Assembly: GCA_039024555.1 (NCBI GenBank)
Contig: JBCCQQ010000006.1
Coordinates: forward strand, 1 to 64,000
DNA: 64,000 nucleotides
Origin: Cyanobacteria bacterium P01_D01_bin.156
Lineage (GTDB): Bacteria > Cyanobacteriota > Cyanobacteriia > Phormidesmidales > Phormidesmidaceae
Reading direction: 5' to 3'
The translations under genes were made by a program, and so were the position numbers. Shown in pieces: positions 11,475-21,703 of the stretch. Below the pieces are notes generated by a model that saw only the letters and a program-made list of their open reading frames with translations, did no database searches and was not told the origin of the DNA. Numbering within the stretch: position 1 is the stretch's first letter; every line of letters starts with the position of its first letter.

Positions 11475-12761
11475 CTAAGGCTCAATCGAAGCATTTTTTG
11501 CCCTTAAAACTGATGACATCGTAGACGGCATAGTGGCGTCTACCACACTGGTAAGCAAAGACTCATATCCATCCAGAGCCTGCTCAAAGGAATAGTTTGC
11601 CAGTGCATAGGCCCGGCCCAAACGACCCAATTCATCCCCTTGTTCTGGATTTTCATAAAGCTGATGAATTGCATTTGCCAACGCTTTTGGCTTTTCAGGC
11701 TTTACAACTAATCCACCATTGCTATCCCGAACAGCTTGGGCAGCTGATCCGCTCTCAGGCACAGATGCCACGATGGGGCGACCACTAGCCATCAGCACCA
11801 TGGTCTTAGAAGGCATATTAAATCCTACTACGCTAGCCTTTTGCATGATCAAAGAGACATCTGCGGCGGCAAGCATGGTCGGCAGTTGCTTGCGGGGTGT
11901 AAATGGCAATAGCGTTATATTTTTAACGCCTAGTTCCTTTTGCAAATCCTCAAGATCGTAGAGCTGGCGTTGCTCGCCCACAATGACAAATTCAATATCA
12001 CGGATATGCTCTAGCATTTGAGCTGCATAAATGATTGCCCGCGCTCCCTGGGTGCGGGCAATATTCCCTGAATACAGAACAATAAATTTATCCTCTAGGC
12101 CGTTATCTCGTCGAAACTGGTTGTCGTGCTTTGGTAAGGGTTGAATAAAGTTCACGTCCACCCAGTTGGAAATGCGTTTGATTTTGCTTAAAGGAACGCC
12201 CTTGCTGACTAGATTTTCGGAAAAACTATCGGTAATCACACCAATCCGAGTAGCACTAGCGTAGGCAAATTTTTCTAAGACCTCAAACACACGAATTGCC
12301 ATGCGATTGCTAATGAGTCCGGTTCTGACAGCGGCCTCTGGCAAAATATCCTGCAGACTGAGAACCGTAGGGCAGCCGTAAATTATCTTGAGTAATGCAA
12401 CTGGGATACAAGCGGGTAGAGAAGGGCTTGTAGATAAAATAACTTCTGGTCGCCAGCCCTTGAAGGCATGGAAAAAGCTCAACAACGCAAAACTACCATC
12501 CAATAAGATACGAGTCAGCACACCGGGATTTGGGTGAATGGCCACGTAACAGCGTTGAATTTTAACGCCGTTGCGTTCCTCTTCAGAATATAGTCGACCA
12601 CGATAATCAGGATAGATTCTGCGTTCAGGGTAGTTAGGCATGGCCGTTACAACCCGTACCTCATGACCTTTGGCTACCAATCCTTCTGCCAGTTCGGTCA
12701 TAAGAGGGGCAATACCAATGGGTTCAGGATGGTAATTGTATGAATAAAGGAGTATGCGCAT
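11475..12761 (-). CDS. Glycosyltransferase family 4 (WcaI-like)
   Basis: MRILLYSYNYHPEPIGIA, MPNYP, LYSGNI and MPSK...MASGRP motifs. Start placed at ATG 12761. Confidence 0.9.
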   Translation of the reverse strand: MRILLYSYNYHPEPIGIAPLMTELAEGLVAKGHEVRVVTAMPNYPERRIYPDYRGRLYSEEERNGVKIQRCYVAIHPNPGVLTRILLDGSFALLSFFHAFKGWRPEVILSTSPSLPACIPVALLKIIYGCPTVLSLQDILPEAAVRTGLISNRMAIRVFEVLEKFAYASATRIGVITDSFSENLVSKGVPLSKIKRISNWVDVNFIQPLPKHDNQFRRDNGLEDKFIVLYSGNIARTQGARAIIYAAQMLEHIRDIEFVIVGEQRQLYDLEDLQKELGVKNITLLPFTPRKQLPTMLAAADVSLIMQKASVVGFNMPSKTMVLMASGRPIVASVPESGSAAQAVRDSNGGLVVKPEKPKALANAIHQLYENPEQGDELGRLGRAYALANYSFEQALDGYESLLTSVVDATMPSTMSSVLRAKNASIEP

Positions 12762-13668
12762 GAAAATCGCTCTGACTACTGATGTCGTGGCCAATAAATA
12801 AGCAACAACCGCAAGAAATGTGTAAAGAACTAGGGGCCTACACTCTGTAACCCCAATGAAATGCACTCAGCTATTCAGCTTCGTTAACACAGTCCTACAG
12901 CATGTCCCTGATGTCTTTCGTAATGTGCCCGATAGATGGCACTTCTCTGTAGATAGATGCAAGCAAGTCCAGGGTTCCCGAAACTGCTCTCAGAAAACCT
13001 CCAAAAATTAACCAGATAGCACGACTCCAAAGAACTATGGTCCCCAGTAATATTGCTACCAACCCAGGAATAACCTAACCAATACTAATTTCTACAGTCT
13101 GCAAACAATGGCCTTAAAAAGCAAGCTTCTAGGCCACATCAGTAGATTAATCAGCTCCAAAAGAATAAATAAAGAACAAGGAACCCACTGAATTACTTCA
13201 AGATTACTTTATGAAAAGCATAAGAGACTTCACAAAGGACTAATGTCACTAATGCGTTAAGGGATAGTGCAATACGTGGATATACCTATCAATAGGTGTC
13301 GTTTATCAAGCTGTACTGAGAAATAGCGTTAACTAAAAAAAATAAGCGATTTAACTGTATGCAAGCGCTGACACAAGTGAGGTTTTTGGGTCCAAATAAG
13401 ACTCGGTAACTCCAAACGACTTTGAGACAGAGCTGAGTTATCAATAACTTTAAATACAATAGAGCTCCCTAGGCACCGCACACATGCTGTAAAGCTATCT
13501 TCATGGTAAGTAAGCAAAAATGCCTATCTTGCTAGGCATAGTCTTCACAGAAAGTACGTTGGCAATCTATTTTGGCTGGGTCTACGTATTAAACGGTCTG
13601 TTCACTTTGTAGGCTATTGGCAGAGTCTGGAAGGTTGCAGTGGCAGCAAGTTGTTAATGAACACCCCA

Positions 13669-13709
13669 AACTAATGGGTCTTAAGCAAATTGCTTAAGAC
13701 CCATTAGTT
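13669..13709. terminator. Perfect 20-bp inverted repeat downstream of the DUF3318 gene
   Basis: AACTAATGGGTCTTAAGCAA-a-TTGCTTAAGACCCATTAGTT, about 25 bp past the stop codon. Confidence 0.6.
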
Positions 13710-13733
13710 CTATAAAAATGATGAGTAGTATCC

Positions 13734-14381
13734 CTAGTAGGTGCGTGATGTATCGCGTTCTGAACGCAGACGGTCTTTAGCTCGGTTAGCACTGCGTTTT
13801 AATGCTTCTAAACGCTTCACGTAGCGATCGCGTTGCTTTTTCTTAGGAGTTTGCTCAATTAAGGTTTTTAGAGCACTGCCCAAACTCTTATAAGCGTTGG
13901 GTAAGGAGTAGCCAAACCGAGTGGCTAATGAGATTGCTTTTTCATCGGCATCCATGGCTTCCCGCAAGGTTTTCTCTGCGTTATTACGCTTATACAGACG
14001 CCAACCTGAGATACCACACAGACCTAGCGCCAGTATCAGCAGTAAACCATCCTGTACCCACAGCTCACCGACAGCACCCCCCAGACCAATGGCTAAAGCT
14101 GCCATCTCCCAACCATCACGGGGAATAGTGTCATTTTGCACGCGGGCAACTTCGTGCCAAAACAGCAAATTACGCTGATCGATAGCCAGCTGTTCCCACT
14201 TAGGTAAATCGATCTGGACTTCTACTTGGTCCTTACCGAGCTCCTCCGATGTAATCAGCGGTGGCCCCACATCCATAGCGGGCTCTACCGTAACCCAGCT
14301 TTGCAGTTCGGGAGGTAACAGACTACGTAAACGGCGAAGCTCGCCCATGTCTGCTCTTGAACTGTAGGTGGCGTATGACAT
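13734..14381 (-). CDS. DUF3318 family cyanobacterial membrane protein
   Basis: ELRRLRSLLPPEL and DQRNLLFWHEVAR motifs plus a hydrophobic hairpin; lies next to dusB. Confidence 0.8.
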   Translation of the reverse strand: MSYATYSSRADMGELRRLRSLLPPELQSWVTVEPAMDVGPPLITSEELGKDQVEVQIDLPKWEQLAIDQRNLLFWHEVARVQNDTIPRDGWEMAALAIGLGGAVGELWVQDGLLLILALGLCGISGWRLYKRNNAEKTLREAMDADEKAISLATRFGYSLPNAYKSLGSALKTLIEQTPKKKQRDRYVKRLEALKRSANRAKDRLRSERDTSRTY

Positions 14382-14415
14382 GCTGATGATTGACTCGGAA
14401 ACGCTTAGAAAATGC

Positions 14416-15519
14416 TTATACTATAGCGGTCTTTAGGGGACTATGGGTGCGCTCTTCTGGAGAGATTACCGTAATTGCTCCATCCAGTAATCTACAGCCC
14501 TCCTCTACGGTTTCAATCCGGCACAACCGTTCCCGTAGCTCGGCTGCTCCATTAAAGCCTTTGGCATACCAGGCCATGTGTTTTCGTGCCTGACGAATCC
14601 CGCTTTGCCCCTTATAGTCTGCCAGCATGATCAGATGTTCCTGGGCGCAACGCAATCGTTCTACGGTCGTTGGCAATGGCAACCGCTCACCAGTTTTTAA
14701 GAAATGATCGATTTCTCCAACTAAAAATGGATATCCCAAGGTGCCTCGGGAACACATAACACCATCAGCCTGGGTTTGCTCTAAACAACCAATCGCTGCA
14801 TCCACTGAAAAAATATCCCCATTGGCAATGACTGGAATGGATATTGCCTGTTTTACCTGGGCAATCCAACTCCAATCGGCAGTGCCGTTGTACCCTTGGG
14901 ACCGGGTACGACCGTGCAGCGTTAGCATTTGAGCTCCAGCGGCTTCAAGACGACGGGCAAAATCCACCGCGTTGATGTCATCTTCAGACCAGCCAATACG
15001 AGTTTTTGCCGTCACCGGAATCGATACGGCAGCGCTGACGGTTTCAATAATGCGGGCAGCTGTGTCAGGATCTCGTAAAAGCGAGGAGCCACCACCGTTC
15101 TTAGTGATCTTGTTGACAGGGCAACCCATATTGATGTCAATGGTGTCCGCACCCTGGTCCACCGCTTTTTTGGCCGCTTCTGCAAGAAACTCAGGGCGTC
15201 GATCAAATAGTTGAATACTGATGGGGCGTTCCTCAGGATCCACCTCCATGACTTTAGGTAGCTGACGTACATGATGCAGTTCAGCAGCACTCACCATTTC
15301 GGTATACATCATCGACTGGGGAGCGTAGCGGCGTACGAGTCGACGAAAAACTAAATCAGTTACCCCGGACAGCGGTGACTGTAGTACCCGGCTACGTACC
15401 TCACATGTGCCAATTTTGAGGGGAGTTGCCAGGCGAGCTTTTAGATTATGGGAAAGGGAGATTTGAGGCTTGAGGTAGGAGGGGTGATTGGTTTGCTCAA
15501 GGTTGAGGGCGACTGACAT
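14416..15519 (-). CDS. dusB: tRNA-dihydrouridine synthase DusB
   Basis: SPLSGVTD, DINMGCP, TLHGRT, IANGDI and ARKHMAWY motifs. Confidence 0.93.
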   Translation of the reverse strand: MSVALNLEQTNHPSYLKPQISLSHNLKARLATPLKIGTCEVRSRVLQSPLSGVTDLVFRRLVRRYAPQSMMYTEMVSAAELHHVRQLPKVMEVDPEERPISIQLFDRRPEFLAEAAKKAVDQGADTIDINMGCPVNKITKNGGGSSLLRDPDTAARIIETVSAAVSIPVTAKTRIGWSEDDINAVDFARRLEAAGAQMLTLHGRTRSQGYNGTADWSWIAQVKQAISIPVIANGDIFSVDAAIGCLEQTQADGVMCSRGTLGYPFLVGEIDHFLKTGERLPLPTTVERLRCAQEHLIMLADYKGQSGIRQARKHMAWYAKGFNGAAELRERLCRIETVEEGCRLLDGAITVISPEERTHSPLKTAIV

Positions 15520-15655
15520 GAATTTTGGCGGGTTGCCATGTAACGACCAGACCGATAGATAGGCCTGTCTCTAGGATGCCATTAACGAACCCACACGTTA
15601 GAACTCTTGTACGATGCCTTTAGATTAAAAACTCACAATTGAGCACCGAATAGGG

Positions 15656-16540
15656 ATGTTTCAAGGGGAAATTGCAGCGCTGAGTGCGGCGGGGCTATGG
15701 GCGTTTGCAACGTTAATGTTTGGGCGGTTGGGCAAGCAATTATCACCCCTGATGCTCAACTTAGTTAAGGGGATAATTGCCGTTGGGTTTATTGTGCTTA
15801 CACTGCCGATACGGCAACAGTTGCTGGCTTCGTTACCGATGAAGTCAGTCGTGCTGCTCTTGATTAGTGGTGTGGTCGGAATTGGACTAGGCGATACGGC
15901 TTACTTTGCCACGGTAAACACATTGGGGCCACGACAGGCATTATTGCTGGAAATGCTGGCTCCACCGATGGCTGCTTTGATGTCGCTGGTGTTTTTGCAA
16001 GAACAATTACCGGTATTGGCGTGGGTTGGCATGGCACTGACGCTGGCAGGCATCGTTTGGGTAGTCAGTGAGCGCAGCCCCAAGGCCAATAGTCATAATC
16101 CAAAACCGACGATTATCCGGGGTCTGTGTTTTGGGATCGTGGCTGCCCTTGGGCAGTCCATTGGTAGTGTGCTTTCGCGAGCGGCGTTAGCAGACACAGC
16201 TGTAGATCCATTGTGGAGTACCCTGCTGAGACTGTCGGCAGGGTTGGTCTGTATTGGGGGATTGTTGCTATTTCGTAGACAAGCACAAACATGTATTCGC
16301 CCGTCTAGTCGGTTGTTGGGGGGCGTTGCGATCGCAGCCTTTTTTGGTACCTATCTCGGAATTTGGCTACAGCAAGTTGCCCTCAAATATTCCCCAACGG
16401 GCGTTGCTCAATCGCTACTGGCCACAAGCCCGATCATGGTGCTGCCGATGGCTCTGATCATTGGAGAACGAGTCACGTTTCGAGCTGTCTGCGGTGCGAT
16501 AGTGGCTTTGGTGGGTGTGTGGCTATTGTTTAGTCGCTAA
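15656..16540 (+). CDS. DMT/EamA family transporter
   Basis: About 10 TM helices in two EamA repeats; GIGLGDTAYF. Confidence 0.88.
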   Translation: MFQGEIAALSAAGLWAFATLMFGRLGKQLSPLMLNLVKGIIAVGFIVLTLPIRQQLLASLPMKSVVLLLISGVVGIGLGDTAYFATVNTLGPRQALLLEMLAPPMAALMSLVFLQEQLPVLAWVGMALTLAGIVWVVSERSPKANSHNPKPTIIRGLCFGIVAALGQSIGSVLSRAALADTAVDPLWSTLLRLSAGLVCIGGLLLFRRQAQTCIRPSSRLLGGVAIAAFFGTYLGIWLQQVALKYSPTGVAQSLLATSPIMVLPMALIIGERVTFRAVCGAIVALVGVWLLFSR

Positions 16541-16582
16541 CTTAGAAGTAGGTAGATTGATTGCACACCCCTTCGTTAATCT

Positions 16583-16616
16583 ATATGAATCATATTTCAT
16601 ATGAATCTCAGTTCAT
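16583..16616. promoter_or_regulatory. ArsR/SmtB-type operator (two overlapping inverted repeats)
   Basis: ATATGAA-TCATAT-TTCATAT (16583-16602) overlaps ATGAA-TCTCAG-TTCAT (16601-16616). It matches the TGAA-N6-TTCA core and lies directly upstream of the ArsR gene. Confidence 0.75.
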
Positions 16617-16645
16617 TCTAAGCTGTCCCTGTCATTCTCAAGGTT

Positions 16646-16936
16646 ATGGATCAGGTCACTTGCGCTGATAAACTCAAGATTTTGGCGGATACCACACGGT
16701 TAGGCGTATTACAAAAATTGCAGTCTGGACCTCAGTCAGTGGGGGCTTTAATGACTGCTTTGGATGTAGAGCAAACGCTTTTATCCCATCATTTGCGTGT
16801 ATTACGACAGGCTAAGTTTGTAATCGCTGAAAGGAGTGGTAAGCAAGTACTCTATCGGCTAGCGCCCGATGTGTTGATTGAGCAAAATGGCTTAAACCTA
16901 AACTGTTGTGTTCTATCGTTTCAGTCAGGTTTTTGA
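16646..16936 (+). CDS. ArsR/SmtB family transcriptional regulator
   Basis: LKILADTTRL, LSHHLRVLR and RSGKQVLYRL motifs; Cys6 and a C-terminal Cys87-Cys88 pair. Confidence 0.9.
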   Translation: MDQVTCADKLKILADTTRLGVLQKLQSGPQSVGALMTALDVEQTLLSHHLRVLRQAKFVIAERSGKQVLYRLAPDVLIEQNGLNLNCCVLSFQSGF

Positions 16937-17003
16937 GCTGTTCTCTATCGCTTGTGTTTAACACGATGACCTGATCGATTATCTTCTAACGGATACTGGG
17001 TCT

Positions 17004-17855
17004 ATGGTGAAAGCGCTTTTTGCAAAGAGATTAGGATTAACTGTCTTGGTCCTGGCTGGTTTATCAGCCTGTTCATCATCAAAAGAAACTGTTGATGGCG
17101 AACTAAGAGGAAAAGTTATTTTGACAGGGTCTAGTACGGTAGCCCCCCTTGCCTCTGAGCTAGGTAAACGCTTTGAGCAGGAAAATCCTGAGGTGCGGAT
17201 AGATGTGCAGACAGGCGGCTCCTCAAGGGGATTGGCCGATGCCCGCAGCGGTCAGGCAGATATTGGTATGATGTCGCGGGATTTAGCCTCGGATGAAGCG
17301 GATGTCAAAGCCCATGCTGTGGCCCGTGATGGTGTGGCAATGATTATCCATGCCGATAATCCAGTGACGGAGCTGAGCCCTGAACAGGTGATAGATATTT
17401 ACACCGGTGACATTACCCAATGGTCAGCCGTGGGCGGTAACGACGGTCCCGTAAGTGTTGTTAATAAGGCGGAAGGTCGCTCTACGCTAGAGGTATTTCT
17501 CAAACACTTTGACTTAGCAAACAGTGAGATCGCAGCCCAAGTCATTATTGGTGACAATGAACAGGGAATTAAAACCGTCACTGGTAATCCAAATGCCATT
17601 GGCTATGTGTCCATTGGTGCTGCGGAAAACAGTATCACTCGAGGTGAACCCTTAAAACTGTTGCCGTTAGAGGGCGTTAATCCAAGTACAGCAGCGTTAC
17701 AGGATGGGACATTTCCGCTATCACGCACTCTGAACTTTGTCACCAAAGGTGAGCCAGAAACCCTTACTAAGGCATTTATTGATTTTGCTCAGTCCCCTGA
17801 AGTGCATGACATTGTGGAGCAACAGAACTTTGTCCCCATTGATTTTTCCCAGTAA
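17004..17855 (+). CDS. pstS: Phosphate ABC transporter substrate-binding lipoprotein
   Basis: Lipobox LSAC; TGSSTV, GGSSRG and DIGMMSR motifs. Confidence 0.88.
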   Translation: MVKALFAKRLGLTVLVLAGLSACSSSKETVDGELRGKVILTGSSTVAPLASELGKRFEQENPEVRIDVQTGGSSRGLADARSGQADIGMMSRDLASDEADVKAHAVARDGVAMIIHADNPVTELSPEQVIDIYTGDITQWSAVGGNDGPVSVVNKAEGRSTLEVFLKHFDLANSEIAAQVIIGDNEQGIKTVTGNPNAIGYVSIGAAENSITRGEPLKLLPLEGVNPSTAALQDGTFPLSRTLNFVTKGEPETLTKAFIDFAQSPEVHDIVEQQNFVPIDFSQ

Positions 17856-18762
17856 AGAGAATTTATCTCATCAGCTGGATTCATCTGCCTCTCTCAGGCA
17901 AGCTAGACGCAATGATTGGCTGTTGCTCAATGGTCTACGTGGGTTGGCAGGGATCACTGCCGCTATCGGCCTACTGATTACGGTGTTTATTTTTAGGGAG
18001 GCGCTGCCTGCTTTGAGAGCTATCGATGTGTTGCGATTTGTGGGAGATGAAGCTTGGCATCCATTGGAGGGACAGTTTAACCTCATGCCAATTTTGTTGG
18101 GAACCGTGTTGACGGCATTGGGAGGAATTGCGATCGCAACTCCTGTCGGTATATTCTCAGCTCTCTTCTGCCAGTTTTACGCTCCCCAGTCGCTGGCGTT
18201 TTTCTATCAGCGATTATTAGAGTTGTTAGACGGTATTCCCTCCGTGGTCTACGGTTTTTGGGGGTTAGTCATTCTGGTGCCCAAGATTAATCAGATTCAT
18301 CCACCAGGGCAAAGCTTACTGGCAGGAATTTTAATTCTGAGTTTGATGATATTGCCAACAGTCGCGTTACTCTCAAAAACTAGTCTGGGGGATGTCCCGA
18401 ATGATTATTTAAAGGCTGCTGAGGCCCTTAGTTTATCAAGATGGACAACGCTGAGTCAGATTGTTTTACCTACAGCAAAATCTGGCTTAATCACAGCTGT
18501 TGTTCTGGCGACAGGTCGTGCATTGGGAGAAACTATGGCGGTGCTGATGGTCTGCGGTAATGTGGTGCAGATTCCAGACTCTGTCTTTGACCCAGTGCGC
18601 TCTTTGGCTGCCAATATTGCTTTGGAGATGGCCTATGCAACAACGGATCATCGTTCAGTATTGTTTGTTAGTGGCTTGGTGCTATTGGGTCTGGTGGGAT
18701 TTTTGGTAATGATTGCATCTGTTCTAAGTACGGAAAAGCGAGGAAACCCATATGGTGTTTAG
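17830..18762 (+). CDS. pstC: Phosphate ABC transporter permease PstC (start uncertain)
   Basis: ELLDGIPSVVYGFWG and GRALGETMAV motifs. Candidate starts are 17806, 17830 and 17839. Confidence 0.88.
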   Translation: MSPLIFPSKENLSHQLDSSASLRQARRNDWLLLNGLRGLAGITAAIGLLITVFIFREALPALRAIDVLRFVGDEAWHPLEGQFNLMPILLGTVLTALGGIAIATPVGIFSALFCQFYAPQSLAFFYQRLLELLDGIPSVVYGFWGLVILVPKINQIHPPGQSLLAGILILSLMILPTVALLSKTSLGDVPNDYLKAAEALSLSRWTTLSQIVLPTAKSGLITAVVLATGRALGETMAVLMVCGNVVQIPDSVFDPVRSLAANIALEMAYATTDHRSVLFVSGLVLLGLVGFLVMIASVLSTEKRGNPYGV

Positions 18763-19609
18763 AACAGTTTCTCACGCAGACTCTATAAGATGGCTGGATC
18801 GCTTATTAACATTGATAACTTGGGCCACAGCGCTTAGTGTTACTACTGCTTTTCTATGGATTGTGTGGTCAATGGTTGAGCAGGGGTTAGGGCAACTATC
18901 CCTAGATTTTCTCTTAACTGAACCGGCAAATGCGGGCAGGGCAGGAGGAATTGCGCCTATTCTCGTGTCTACTCTGTTGATTTTGGGGGTGTGCCTAACC
19001 ATTGCGCTACCCTTGGGATTGGCTACAGCACTGTTACTCGCAGAGTATACGGTAAGTGATAAACGATTGGGGGCATGGGTTCGGCGCAGTTTAGACTTTT
19101 TAGCTGGGGTGCCATCGATTGTATTTGGGTTGTTTGGCAGTGTGTTTTTCTCCAAGACTTTGGGATTAGGGTTTTCGATTCTTTCTGGAGGTTTAACACT
19201 GGCATGTATGGTACTGCCGTTGTTGATTCGGGCGACGGAGGAGGGGTTGCGCTCTCAACCAGCTAGCTATCGCCAAGGAGCGGCTGCTTTGGGCCTCTCA
19301 AAGACAACAACGTTGTTTAAGATTCTTTTGCCAGCAGCATTGCCGGGACTAATGGTGGGGCTGGTGTTATCGATGGGGCGAGCTTTAGCAGAAACAGCAG
19401 CTTTGATTTTTACAAGTGGCTATGTGGATCGGTTTCCAGAATCACTTCTAGATTCAGGACGGGCATTATCGATTCATATTTTTGATTTGTCGATGAATGT
19501 GCCAGGTGGGGATGGAAATGCGGCAGCATCGTCGTTGGTATTGTTGGGCATGTTGTTAACTTTGAATGGATTGGCCGCTTGGATTACCGTACGTTACTCG
19601 ATTAAGTGA
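18752..19609 (+). CDS. pstA: Phosphate ABC transporter permease PstA
   Basis: GGIAP, LAGVPSIVFGLFG and GRALAETAAL motifs; overlaps the pstC stop. Confidence 0.9.
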   Translation: MVFRTVSHADSIRWLDRLLTLITWATALSVTTAFLWIVWSMVEQGLGQLSLDFLLTEPANAGRAGGIAPILVSTLLILGVCLTIALPLGLATALLLAEYTVSDKRLGAWVRRSLDFLAGVPSIVFGLFGSVFFSKTLGLGFSILSGGLTLACMVLPLLIRATEEGLRSQPASYRQGAAALGLSKTTTLFKILLPAALPGLMVGLVLSMGRALAETAALIFTSGYVDRFPESLLDSGRALSIHIFDLSMNVPGGDGNAAASSLVLLGMLLTLNGLAAWITVRYSIK

Positions 19610-19655
19610 AGTCAAAATTTACATTTTCTACTAAACACTCAATATTTTTTCAGAT

Positions 19656-20465
19656 ATGCTTTCCTCTCATTCACAGCCTGCTCCCACTGTTGTTGAGGCA
19701 TCTCCTTTACTAAAGGTCCAAGATTTAACCTTACGCTATGGTCGTCATATCGCTTTTGAGGAAGTCTCTTTACCAATTTATGCCGGACAAATTACAGCGA
19801 TTGTAGGCCCTTCTGGCTGTGGGAAGAGTAGTTTCTTGAGCTGTTTAAACCGAATGAGTGATTTGGTACCCGATTGTCATGTAGCGGGGGAAATTCGGTT
19901 GGCAGGGGTAGATACTTTAAATCCGAATACAGACACTCTGTCTCTACGTCGTCGGGTGGGGATGATTTTCCAGCGACCTAATCCGTTTCCACTGAGCATT
20001 TGGGAGAATCTAGCACTGCCCTTACGAGAGCATGGGATGGTGCAACGCAACCGTTTGGCGGAGACGATTGAAGCTGTGCTTCGAGATGTGGGTTTGTGGT
20101 CAGAGGTGAAGGACCGTTTGCGCAAATCAGCACTAGCCCTATCGGGTGGGCAACAGCAGCGACTGTGCATTGCCCGAGCCTTGGTGCTGCAGCCAGAGAT
20201 TTTGCTTTTGGATGAGCCCTGCAGTGCTCTTGACCCGATTGCTAGTGGCATTGTTGAGGATTTAATTGTGAGGTTACGCCCTCGCTATACCCAAGTGGTG
20301 ATTACGCATAATTTGGCTCAGGCTCATCGAATTGCCGATCAGGTAGGCATGTTTTGGGTTCAAAGTAACGTAGGGCGATTAATTGAATTCGGCACTGCCC
20401 AGCAGATTTTTGAAGCACCAAACCATGAACTGACTGCAGCCTATGTGAGCGGTGGCAAAGGTTAA
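19656..20465 (+). CDS. pstB: Phosphate ABC transporter ATPase PstB
   Basis: GPSGCGKS, FQRPNPFP, LSGGQQQRLCIAR and DEPCSALDP motifs. Confidence 0.92.
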   Translation: MLSSHSQPAPTVVEASPLLKVQDLTLRYGRHIAFEEVSLPIYAGQITAIVGPSGCGKSSFLSCLNRMSDLVPDCHVAGEIRLAGVDTLNPNTDTLSLRRRVGMIFQRPNPFPLSIWENLALPLREHGMVQRNRLAETIEAVLRDVGLWSEVKDRLRKSALALSGGQQQRLCIARALVLQPEILLLDEPCSALDPIASGIVEDLIVRLRPRYTQVVITHNLAQAHRIADQVGMFWVQSNVGRLIEFGTAQQIFEAPNHELTAAYVSGGKG

Positions 20466-20468
20466 TTT

Positions 20469-21593
20469 TTATTCTGCAGCGACTCCTGCCCCTGAGCCTT
20501 CGACTAAAACAGGCTGGTTAAAAGAGCTCGGTTTATCACCGACAGTTGCCCCGCCGTTGATCATGCCCTGCAAACTGGGTTCAAAGAAGGTATAAGGAAA
20601 ACGAGATTCTGGGCGACTAACATCATCTAAACGCTGCTGAAGTTCAGCGGGAATCTCAAAATCCAGGGCACCCAAATTATCTTGCAGCTGGTGCAGTTTA
20701 GTAGCACCGATAATCACAGATGCCACGGCAGGACGATTAACGACCCAGTTCAAGGCCACCTGTGCCATGGAACGTCCTAGCTCTTTAGCAACTTGCTCTA
20801 ATTCGGCCACAATGGCCCAATTTTTATCCGTAAATTTGTCAAAAGCTGGGTTGCCGCTATTGGCCAACATGGCCAGTCGCCCTGAACCTTCTCCCCCTTG
20901 TTCAGAAGGTTTGTATTTTCCAGAGAGTAGGCCGCTGGCTAAGGGAGACCACACCATTAAACTGGTGCCTAAGTTTTTGGCTAGGGCAGTGTATTCAAAT
21001 TCGATGTTGCGTTCTGTCAAGGAATATTCCAGCTGTACAGTGCTGATGGGTTCCCAATGGCGTTCTTGGGCTAGAGTCTGGGCTTGAGCTACATACCAGG
21101 CAGGGGCATCGGATAGGGCAACATGGCGAACTTGGCCTGACCGTACCAGGTCATCTAGGGTACGCATGACTTCTGCGGCCGGGGTGACTTGGTCCCAGGT
21201 GTGGAGCATATAGACATCGATGTAGTCGGTGCCGAGGCGTTCCAGGGAACCTTCCACAGCTCGCAAAATATTTTTTCGACCGTTGCCGCCTGCGTTGGGG
21301 TTGCCCGGCTCAGCGTTGTAACTGAATTTTGTGGTGATAATGATGCGATCGCGAGTTTTACTATCCTTGATAAACCGTCCCAGCATACGCTCACTATTGC
21401 CATTAGTGTACATATCCGCTGTATCAACGAAATTACCACCCGCTTCCACATAGGCATCAAATAGCTGACGCGCATTCGCTTCATCAGCCCCCCAGCCCCA
21501 GTCATCACCAAATGTCATGGTACCAAGGGCCAATCGACTGACTTTCAGCCCTGTATTTCCTAACGTGTAATAGTCCATAGCTATCTTTTCCAT
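20469..21593 (-). CDS. Aldo/keto reductase
   Basis: LALGTMTFG, DTADMY, SLERLGTDYID and WSPLASGLLSGKY motifs. Confidence 0.93.
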   Translation of the reverse strand: MEKIAMDYYTLGNTGLKVSRLALGTMTFGDDWGWGADEANARQLFDAYVEAGGNFVDTADMYTNGNSERMLGRFIKDSKTRDRIIITTKFSYNAEPGNPNAGGNGRKNILRAVEGSLERLGTDYIDVYMLHTWDQVTPAAEVMRTLDDLVRSGQVRHVALSDAPAWYVAQAQTLAQERHWEPISTVQLEYSLTERNIEFEYTALAKNLGTSLMVWSPLASGLLSGKYKPSEQGGEGSGRLAMLANSGNPAFDKFTDKNWAIVAELEQVAKELGRSMAQVALNWVVNRPAVASVIIGATKLHQLQDNLGALDFEIPAELQQRLDDVSRPESRFPYTFFEPSLQGMINGGATVGDKPSSFNQPVLVEGSGAGVAAE

Positions 21594-21652
21594 CCAGTAA
21601 TTGGCTTACAGTCACCACTATGAACCAAACGTTAGAATGATTCTTGAATAGG

Positions 21653-21680
21653 ATTGCTCAGTTTTAGTACAAAATTGCTC
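21653..21680 (-). promoter_or_regulatory. Putative AraC-family binding site (direct repeat)
   Basis: ATTGCTC at 21653 and 21674, a 21-bp period, between the divergent AKR and AraC genes. Confidence 0.55.
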
Positions 21681-21703
21681 CCCATCTAAGCCCCAAAACA
21701 TCT

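Noticed and set aside
12762..13668. Long intergenic region and a 62-aa ORF (13329-13517)
   Set aside because: No recognisable RNA structure or protein motif; probably the GT4 promoter region.
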